IMG/VR virus record: IMGVR_UViG_3300025015_000001
Strand: one strand, 5' to 3'
DNA from: a virus
DNA length: 64,000 nt
Of this stretch, positions 57,141 to 64,000 are shown piece after piece. The notes below the pieces were generated by a model, which saw only the letters and a program-made list of their open reading frames with translations, made no database searches and was not told the origin of the DNA. Each line of letters opens with the position of its first letter. Within the stretch, counting starts at the first letter, position 1. The position numbers and the translations under genes were made by a program.

Positions 57141-58043
57141 TTGAAAATACTTTTAGTATTATTACTTTTTATTCTACCGACATCAGTCTTTGCTATAGAA
57201 GCTATTTGTCCCGGTGGGGCCAGTCCTGCTTCAGGTGTCGTCTGGTGCGATGACTTTGAAGATGGAACATGGTCGGACTGGGACGCTAGTGCCGGATATG
57301 CTCCAGACGGAAGAGAAGCAGTGAAGTGCACCAACAATAGCTTTGGTTTTCAAGACAAATGCGCTGCATATAGTGGAGACTTGCACTTTGATAATGCATG
57401 GGGACACGACAACCACTATGGAACCCATATGTTTCCTTCAAGTTATACTGAACTTCATCTACGGATGTATCTCTATTTCTCAAATCCTTACCCTTGGGGG
57501 TCGATGACGGATAAAGGAATATACCTTCGTAATAGCTCTGATGATAGCGTTAAGATAAGATTGGAATATAGCCGAGAGAGGGAGACAGCGACAGAATATT
57601 TCCCAGGGTCAGGCAAGCCAGCTATTGGTTCGTATGCGTTCGCAAATCCAGGGGTTGTTTTTCAGAATCAAGGGAATGATATTACTTTTCAACCCGGGAA
57701 ATGGTATCTTGTCGAATTTTATGTAAAACTGAACGATCCGGGGGTTGCGAATGGAATAGTAAAGTTCTGGGTCGATGATGCCAGCCTGCCCATCACATCG
57801 CAAACCCTCAGGTTGTCTTACAACAATATACTGATCCGCGGTTCAGGCAACAACTCAGGATATAATATGGTGTGGCTCACAGACTATCGTGAAGACTGTC
57901 GTAATGACAGTGGTGGTTGTGCTCAAACCCTCAATCAATGGGTGAAGTGGGACAACGTCGTGGTAAGAAGCGGCAATAATCAAATTGGGCCCCAAGGTTC
58001 ATTGGGCATACCTAATCCACCGGTACTCGGAACACCAAAATAA
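57141..58043 (+). CDS. Exported polysaccharide-lyase/lectin-like jelly-roll protein
   Basis: Signal peptide; WCDDFEDG, GKWYLVEFYVKLNDPG..NGIVKFWVD; GC-rich. Confidence 0.6.
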   Translation: MKILLVLLLFILPTSVFAIEAICPGGASPASGVVWCDDFEDGTWSDWDASAGYAPDGREAVKCTNNSFGFQDKCAAYSGDLHFDNAWGHDNHYGTHMFPSSYTELHLRMYLYFSNPYPWGSMTDKGIYLRNSSDDSVKIRLEYSRERETATEYFPGSGKPAIGSYAFANPGVVFQNQGNDITFQPGKWYLVEFYVKLNDPGVANGIVKFWVDDASLPITSQTLRLSYNNILIRGSGNNSGYNMVWLTDYREDCRNDSGGCAQTLNQWVKWDNVVVRSGNNQIGPQGSLGIPNPPVLGTPK

Positions 58044-58059
58044 GAAACAGGAGCTAGCC

Positions 58060-58491
58060 TTGTTCAGCACCATTAGAGGTAATCATTTTTTAGTAGAGCT
58101 GTATAATTGTGATTATGAGACATTAAATAATAAGGAATTATTAGTGGATACCCTTATTAGTAGTGCAATAAAAGGCAAAGCTGGAGTTTTGGGGCAAGTA
58201 AGTCATAAATTTTTTCCATTTGGTGTGACAGTTTTAGTTTTATTATCAGAGTCTCATTTATCTTTACATTCTTGGCCAGAAGATGGTTATGCTATGCTTG
58301 ATGTAGCTACATGCGGCACAACAGTTAATTCTAATATAATTTTTGAAGAGATACATAAAGTTCTGGGTGGGGAGGCCCTCCAAATAAGAACTAATAGAGG
58401 GATACCCAAAAACAATCTAACTAAAAAAGAAATACAATCCTATATTTTGTCATCCGTAGAAATTAAATTTTTAAATAAGAGGGTAGAATGA
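58060..58491 (+). CDS. speD: S-adenosylmethionine decarboxylase proenzyme family
   Basis: TTG start with AGGAG; HKFFPFGVT..LLSE/SHLSLHSWPE.GYA..DVATCG. Confidence 0.92.
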   Translation: MFSTIRGNHFLVELYNCDYETLNNKELLVDTLISSAIKGKAGVLGQVSHKFFPFGVTVLVLLSESHLSLHSWPEDGYAMLDVATCGTTVNSNIIFEEIHKVLGGEALQIRTNRGIPKNNLTKKEIQSYILSSVEIKFLNKRVE

Positions 58492-58733
58492 TTAATTTTA
58501 TAAAAGGTTTGATCGCAGAGGATTCATCGGCGTCATTAGGAAGGGTTGGTTTTTGGCTTGTTTTAGTTCCTGCAGTATATACATGGCTGTATAAGACACA
58601 GGATATACAAGTATACCATTTCTATACCATTTTGATTTTTTTAGCATATAATTTTTCAAAAAAAATACCGTTATTTATAGCTCTAATTAAAGCATGGAAG
58701 GGCACTGATGTTGTTGCGGATAATAAAGAGTAA
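58488..58733 (+). CDS. Small two-TM membrane protein (holin-like)
   Basis: SASLGRVGFWL...; two hydrophobic segments. Confidence 0.55.
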   Translation: MINFIKGLIAEDSSASLGRVGFWLVLVPAVYTWLYKTQDIQVYHFYTILIFLAYNFSKKIPLFIALIKAWKGTDVVADNKE

Positions 58734-59397
58734 GTTATTTACAAAATTATTTTTTATTAGTCTACTACTAGGTAGTCCAATAGCCAATGCAGCCCCTGTA
58801 AGATTACAGTGGGACAGTCCTACTACTAATACTGATAATAGTCCATTAACTGATTTAGCTGGGTTTAAAATTTATTATGGTACCACCTCAGGCAGCTACA
58901 CTAATAGTGTTACTATTGGTGTTATAAACAATTACGTAATAGATCTTCCTATTAACACTACTTATTATTTTGCAGCAACAGCAATTAACTTAGTTAGTGT
59001 TGAGAGTGGTTACTCCAATGAAGTAAGCAAATTAACCTCTGGCATAAGTACTCTTATAAAGAGTAAGGCATCGTACGGACCAGGAACATACGTGTCCTCT
59101 GGTATAAGTGTAACATATAATAGCAGTGATAATTACTATGTGATTTTAGATTTATCTCCTAGTATAATGGCAGACACCAATACAGACATTACTATTTTAG
59201 TAGAGCGCTACAGTTCTGGTGTGTGGGTGGAGGATTCAAAAGCTAGATATAAAGGGAGTGCAACCCCCGGTATTAAGGGGTATAAATCTCCTACTTTATT
59301 TACTAAATGGGAAAAAACCACACCAACTACACAACTGCGTGTCTCTGTCAGTACATCCACTAGCATAGATTTTGGAATAACATTGGAAGTGTTTTAA
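58708..59397 (+). CDS. Exported FN3 domain protein (paralog of 53417)
   Basis: LQWDSPTTNTD.SPLTDLAGFKIYYG...YSNEV. Confidence 0.85.
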   Translation: MLLRIIKSKLFTKLFFISLLLGSPIANAAPVRLQWDSPTTNTDNSPLTDLAGFKIYYGTTSGSYTNSVTIGVINNYVIDLPINTTYYFAATAINLVSVESGYSNEVSKLTSGISTLIKSKASYGPGTYVSSGISVTYNSSDNYYVILDLSPSIMADTNTDITILVERYSSGVWVEDSKARYKGSATPGIKGYKSPTLFTKWEKTTPTTQLRVSVSTSTSIDFGITLEVF

Positions 59398-60068
59398 TGT
59401 TTCTATTGCAGAAAAGATCTATTTATGCTGGGACAGTTCTGTCCTCAGAGTTGTTATTCGATTTAGCAAATCAGCAAGGTAGTCTTATCGTTGTGGGGGT
59501 AGTTTGGGGTGATAATATCACTACTTGTACAGTGACAGATACTAATAGTAATGTTATTAATTCTGTTCCCGTATATAGAGATACTACTAACATAAGCAGT
59601 TCTCAAATTTTCTATGTAATTAATTCTAATAGTGGTAGTAATAAGATTAATGTGACTCTATCTGGTATTAGTGATTTGGGATTTTCTATACTAGAATTTA
59701 GTCCTACTTTACAGATAGATTCTTTGACTGGGTATACTGCGAGTAATACAGCTGGGGTTAGTAGCTCTAGTAATAATATAAATACTTCAAAGAATAATTC
59801 ATTGTTGTTTGGCTTATATGGTAATTTAGTTGATCTAGGGGAATTAACAAACGGGGCTAATTTTGCTTCTGCAACCGAAGAGCATTATCATCAGCATGCC
59901 ACTAACTATAGAGAAGTATTTACTGGGGGTACTTATAACATAACATGGGGACACCCTTCTAGTAATAAGGGTATGAGTTACTTTGCTTTATTTGGAGGTA
60001 ATATGGTGCTACACAACGCCTCAAGAAAAAGTAGAGGCGCCTCTAGTAAAATGCGAAGATTTTTTTAG
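59397..60068 (+). CDS. Putative virion/tail accessory protein
   Basis: Ser/Thr/Gly-rich beta protein. Confidence 0.55.
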   Translation: MFLLQKRSIYAGTVLSSELLFDLANQQGSLIVVGVVWGDNITTCTVTDTNSNVINSVPVYRDTTNISSSQIFYVINSNSGSNKINVTLSGISDLGFSILEFSPTLQIDSLTGYTASNTAGVSSSSNNINTSKNNSLLFGLYGNLVDLGELTNGANFASATEEHYHQHATNYREVFTGGTYNITWGHPSSNKGMSYFALFGGNMVLHNASRKSRGASSKMRRFF

Positions 60069-60090
60069 TAGTGCTTAACGGGAGATATTC

Positions 60091-62358
60091 ATGGCAACAA
60101 ACATAGTCAGTGCAGGGACAGTCACGAATTCCACTGGTAGAGGGATGCAGAATCATCTTATCTATGCCGTGAATTCAGCACGTTGGTGGATATTTTACAT
60201 TGATAGCACAGACGGAGCTACACTCAAAACCAGATATTCAACTGATTTACTGTCGTGGTCTTCAGGAGCATCTTTAACACTTGCACAGAATCATAACAGT
60301 GTCGGGCTGAATTTTGCAGTTGCCTACAAGAATATAGCATCTACTGATGTTATTCACATAGCTTTCTCATATCAACTTAGTACCACAGACAGACGCTCTT
60401 ACCATACAAGAGCGACTATTTCCGGCACGACTATCTCTTTTGGTAGTGAGGTTCAGGTAGGCAGTACAAACACAGACTCTGATTCCAACGCTTCTCCAGA
60501 TGGACCAAATCTAGGATATGATTCAGACAACAAGATATGGCATGCTTGTGGTTGGGATTATGTTGGGGATTGGAATTGCGAAGTAGATGCAAGGTCAACC
60601 AATGCAGATACTGGGTCATCGTGGACAGGGGGATTTGATACACCAACACGACGTGAGACAACCCCAGGAGGTTATGTTCGTACTAGGGTTCTAGCTGATA
60701 TTGGGTCAGGAAATATGCTGGTTGTATGGGGAAATGGTACCGGAGCAGGTGCTGGATGGGACAATCTCCGCTGGGCCAAATGGACGACATCATGGTCATC
60801 TCCTGCAAATGTCAGAGGTACGAGTTTTGGGAGTCCATTACTACACAATAATTGGGGAATGGTTACCAGAGCAGCTACGGACGTGCATATTGTTATGCGT
60901 ACAGGAGCAGATACATACGAACATTTTAGGTTTGACGGCTCTGCGTGGAGTACTGGACAAGCGATAACCACACAAACTAGTAAGGATGATGCTGGAATTT
61001 TTTTGGCCTCAGATGGTACTAATGTTTGGTTATTCATTATTGATTCTGATGCAGCCAACACTATCAGATATTCAAAATGGAATGGGTCATCTTGGGGTAG
61101 CTGGGTTGTATTAGAAACAGTAACTGGAGCCAGAACTTTCATCTCAGGTTATTTCGGTGTCTCAAATAATAAAATCGGGATTATTTACTCACAGGTAAAT
61201 GGAAGTAATTATGATATTTATTCTACTTCCTTGACTACTGTAATTGATACAAGTGTTCCTACAAATAGCCCTGGGCTAACATCCTTACTCCTTGGTCTTG
61301 CTTCTGATGCTGGCACACAGACTAATTATCAGGTCGATTCCACCTATACTTTCGGAACCAGTGGAGAAGCTGTTTTCTGCCGATTCTTAAGTCCTGTATC
61401 TCAGACTAGTGGGAACCTCACGTTCTATCCCTACTGTTCTGCTATTGCAGGCAGTCCTATGTATAAAGTGGAGCTTCGTAATGGCCCAGCATCCGGGAAT
61501 GATGCTGACAGACCTGAATCTGGAGGGGCACAGTTAGCTGTATCCGCTTCAGATGTTGTTCCTTCAGCATCATCATGGATTCAATTCGCTCTCACAGGGG
61601 TGACTCTGGTGGCGGGGCAGCAATACTATTTAGTAATATACAATACAGCGGCGGCACCTACAACGGACTATGCCTCGTGGTGTTACCGTGGGGCTGTTGA
61701 TGGGCATAACACTACAAGCACAAGCGCATCAACATCCCCCATGCAGGCCGGGTATACTACTGATGGATTTACTACCGATCCATTAGGAGTAGTTACCAAT
61801 CAACTGAGCCCTATGGTAATCAAATTTAATGATTCATCTATTATTGGTATGCCTTATGTTGCCACAGAAACTATAGCTAACAATGCAAATTACCGAGGGA
61901 ATAGAATCTATCTACCACAGTCAACTATTTACTTCGGACATAGCATAGTGGCAACATTTGTGGCGGCGACAACTTGGAACAACAGAATATACAATGGCGC
62001 ATCCCTTATAAAAGATATAGTGGTCGATACCTTTGGTCGTCAGAGATTTGGAGGGACAATAGACGGGGACGTTACCCTATCCGCAAACACCTATTATGAC
62101 ATTGTTGCAGTCCCTGGGGCTGCTAATTCTTGGGGGTATGCGTACAACATGGGCATGGCCGAGGGGTCAGTCCCTGCGGATGTTTTGGCAGCAAGACCAC
62201 AGGGTTTGATCGGATATGTAAATGGTGCAACACCAGGTTCATTTACTCCAGATACAAGCAAAATAATGGCTCAATTAATATATCTGGCATTCGCAACGGA
62301 AGCTGGTGGGGGTGGTCCTGTGAGCGGCAATATGAGAGGAGGATTTATAAATGGCTGA
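60091..62358 (+). CDS. Tail fibre/receptor-binding-like protein with propeller-like N-half
   Basis: Trp-rich blades (RWAKWTTSWS, RYSKWNGSSWG); elevated GC. Confidence 0.6.
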   Translation: MATNIVSAGTVTNSTGRGMQNHLIYAVNSARWWIFYIDSTDGATLKTRYSTDLLSWSSGASLTLAQNHNSVGLNFAVAYKNIASTDVIHIAFSYQLSTTDRRSYHTRATISGTTISFGSEVQVGSTNTDSDSNASPDGPNLGYDSDNKIWHACGWDYVGDWNCEVDARSTNADTGSSWTGGFDTPTRRETTPGGYVRTRVLADIGSGNMLVVWGNGTGAGAGWDNLRWAKWTTSWSSPANVRGTSFGSPLLHNNWGMVTRAATDVHIVMRTGADTYEHFRFDGSAWSTGQAITTQTSKDDAGIFLASDGTNVWLFIIDSDAANTIRYSKWNGSSWGSWVVLETVTGARTFISGYFGVSNNKIGIIYSQVNGSNYDIYSTSLTTVIDTSVPTNSPGLTSLLLGLASDAGTQTNYQVDSTYTFGTSGEAVFCRFLSPVSQTSGNLTFYPYCSAIAGSPMYKVELRNGPASGNDADRPESGGAQLAVSASDVVPSASSWIQFALTGVTLVAGQQYYLVIYNTAAAPTTDYASWCYRGAVDGHNTTSTSASTSPMQAGYTTDGFTTDPLGVVTNQLSPMVIKFNDSSIIGMPYVATETIANNANYRGNRIYLPQSTIYFGHSIVATFVAATTWNNRIYNGASLIKDIVVDTFGRQRFGGTIDGDVTLSANTYYDIVAVPGAANSWGYAYNMGMAEGSVPADVLAARPQGLIGYVNGATPGSFTPDTSKIMAQLIYLAFATEAGGGGPVSGNMRGGFING

Positions 62359-63127
62359 TTTACGGAAACACTCATCTACAAGCAATATTCTCAGGTTCAC
62401 TCTCAAGAATTCCTCAACCGGCGTTGGTCTCACGGGGTTATCCTCTGCCTCCAGCGGGCTGATTATCTCAACCATATGCGACAATGAGGCAACGGCCACA
62501 GCATATACAGTCGCTGGGTCCACTATTGAGAGCATCACAACATTAGGCACCTTTGCGGCTCCAACAGCGACAAAATGCAGATTTAAAGAGGTAGACGCTA
62601 CAAATCACAAGGGCTTGTACGAGTTCCAGTTTGCAGACGCTCGTTTCAGTGTGGCAAGCGCAAAGAGACTGATAATCAGCGTTACGGGGGCCACAAGCTT
62701 GCTCGATGCAGATTATGAAATACAACTTGTATCTTTTGATATGTATACAGCTATTGCTCAGACAGGTGATGGGTATGCTGTTCTTACTAACGGGACCTAT
62801 GGATTATCAGCAATTGAGACTCAGCTTTCTACAAACCCAGAAGTACTCATAAGTACAACAATAGCCACACTAGCCTCCCAGACTAGTTTTACCTTAACCA
62901 GTGGTAGTGCTGATAATAATGCTTACATTGATGCTACTATCATCGTTACAGATGCCACCACAGCAACACAAAAAGCAGTCGGTAGTATTGGTGCATATAC
63001 TGGCAGCACCAAAACAATTACATTGATAAAAGATCCTGCTATATTTACTATGGCTGTAGGTGACACAGTTGATATTATAGCTGTAGGAACAATTGCTGGC
63101 AATCAGATGTTTAACATACTAGAGTAA
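62351..63127 (+). CDS. Tail-fibre-associated protein
   Basis: Ala/Thr-rich; C-terminal TLASQTSFTL...YTGSTKTITL module. Confidence 0.6.
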   Translation: MADLRKHSSTSNILRFTLKNSSTGVGLTGLSSASSGLIISTICDNEATATAYTVAGSTIESITTLGTFAAPTATKCRFKEVDATNHKGLYEFQFADARFSVASAKRLIISVTGATSLLDADYEIQLVSFDMYTAIAQTGDGYAVLTNGTYGLSAIETQLSTNPEVLISTTIATLASQTSFTLTSGSADNNAYIDATIIVTDATTATQKAVGSIGAYTGSTKTITLIKDPAIFTMAVGDTVDIIAVGTIAGNQMFNILE

Positions 63128-63147
63128 CTATTTCATAGGGGAAATAC

Positions 63148-64000
63148 ATGGCACTTATAGGGAGAACAATTTATCCAGATTTTAATACTTACCACCCTAA
63201 AACAGGGGTAGCTACAGTAGCAGATTCTACGCCTTCATACTCTGTATACAAAAATGATTCAGGTACCCCCTTATCCTTGTCCGGTAATTCTATAGCGGTG
63301 CGATCTGGAACTACGTCAAACTATGTTATAACTTTGCCCCTAACAGTAGGAAATGGATTTACACATGGAGATACATTTATTTTAAAAGTTTCTGTCACGG
63401 TAGCTGGTATTACCAAGATAGTAACCTTATTAACCTTTATTGCTACAACATATGAAGCAGACAGTATTGTACAAGGAAGTGACAATAAGGTTCTACTTAG
63501 TAATAATGCTCACACTGGGGCCACAATACCTACAGTTACCACAGTCACTAATGATGTTGGTATTACTCAAGCTGGAGCTGATAAAGCATGGAGCACAGCA
63601 ACAAGAGTGCTCACGGCAGGCACTAACATAGCCTTGGCTAAAGGAACAGGAGTTACTGGCTTTAACGATATAAGTACCACTGATGTGGCTACAGCAGTAT
63701 GGAATGCTGCAACAGCAACTTATGGAACAGCTGGTAGCTATGGATTACTTGTAGAGACTAACCTAGATGCGGCTGTAAGCAGCATTACTGTACCCACTAC
63801 AGGTGCTATCGCTGATGCAGTCTGGAACGAAGCTATTGCTGACCATCTAGGAGCCGGATCAACTGGATTAGCCCTGAACTCGGCTAGCTCTGCCGGTGAT
63901 CCTTGGAGCACTGCAGTCCCAGGTGCCTACGGTGCAGGAACTGCCGGATACATACTGGGTACTAATCTTAATACTACGGTAAGCAGCAGGTCTACTCACA
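63148..64000 (+). CDS. Tail-fibre-like protein with A(D/T)AVW repeats (runs off window)
   Basis: Hand-translated from ATG 63148; VATAVWN, IADAVWNE; open to the edge. Confidence 0.75.
   Translation, partial: MALIGRTIYPDFNTYHPKTGVATVADSTPSYSVYKNDSGTPLSLSGNSIAVRSGTTSNYVITLPLTVGNGFTHGDTFILKVSVTVAGITKIVTLLTFIATTYEADSIVQGSDNKVLLSNNAHTGATIPTVTTVTNDVGITQAGADKAWSTATRVLTAGTNIALAKGTGVTGFNDISTTDVATAVWNAATATYGTAGSYGLLVETNLDAAVSSITVPTTGAIADAVWNEAIADHLGAGSTGLALNSASSAGDPWSTAVPGAYGAGTAGYILGTNLNTTVSSRSTH

Noticed and set aside
1897-63631. Short track ORFs antisense to or out of frame within long genes (e.g. 1897, 4264, 25922, 38455, 42328, 55670, 60672, 63440)
   Set aside because: They shadow well-supported genes, lack RBSs and recognisable motifs, and are expected by chance.
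1-64000. CRISPR array or Cas genes
   Set aside because: No regularly spaced repeat-spacer units seen. The TnpB is short and truncated with no array, so it was not called Cas12/Cas14.
1-64000. tRNA/rRNA genes
   Set aside because: No cloverleaf or T-loop consensus recognised by eye; a tRNAscan run would be needed to exclude them fully.

Overview
AT-rich segment of a large tailed bacteriophage genome (bacterial Shine-Dalgarno sites, sigma70-type promoters, code 11; lipoprotein and spanin-like genes suggest a diderm host). 1-12.1 kb (minus strand): replication and nucleotide genes - family A DNA polymerase with a degenerate UDG-like N-terminus (cut by the window edge), HU, intein-containing class II ribonucleotide reductase, replicative helicase, DUF559 and HNH nucleases. 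12.3-16.5 kb (plus): UvsW-like helicase, primase. 16.5-46.5 kb: head module - terminase (second intein), portal, protease/scaffold, decoration protein, major capsid protein - interleaved with large modular proteins. 46.6-64 kb: virion, lysis and tail-fibre-like genes, a stand-alone receiver domain and speD. Main finding: a recurring peptide K-K-S-F-[K/N]-[I/L]-x-[A/S] marks domain boundaries in several head-module ORFs. In the 1211-aa ORF at 21149-24784 it separates an ATP-dependent DNA ligase, a LigD-type primase-polymerase and a nucleotidyltransferase. I infer a capsid-targeted, protease-processed polyprotein delivering a DNA end-joining kit. Also notable: an 8-member dispersed small-protein family ending in LTK(I/L), a fixed-spacing phage-specific promoter class, two structured non-coding elements (one upstream of an IscB-type PLMP/RRXRR domain), a truncated tnpB and several pseudogenes. 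No CRISPR array or tRNA was recognised. All family assignments come from motif recognition by eye; no database search was run.
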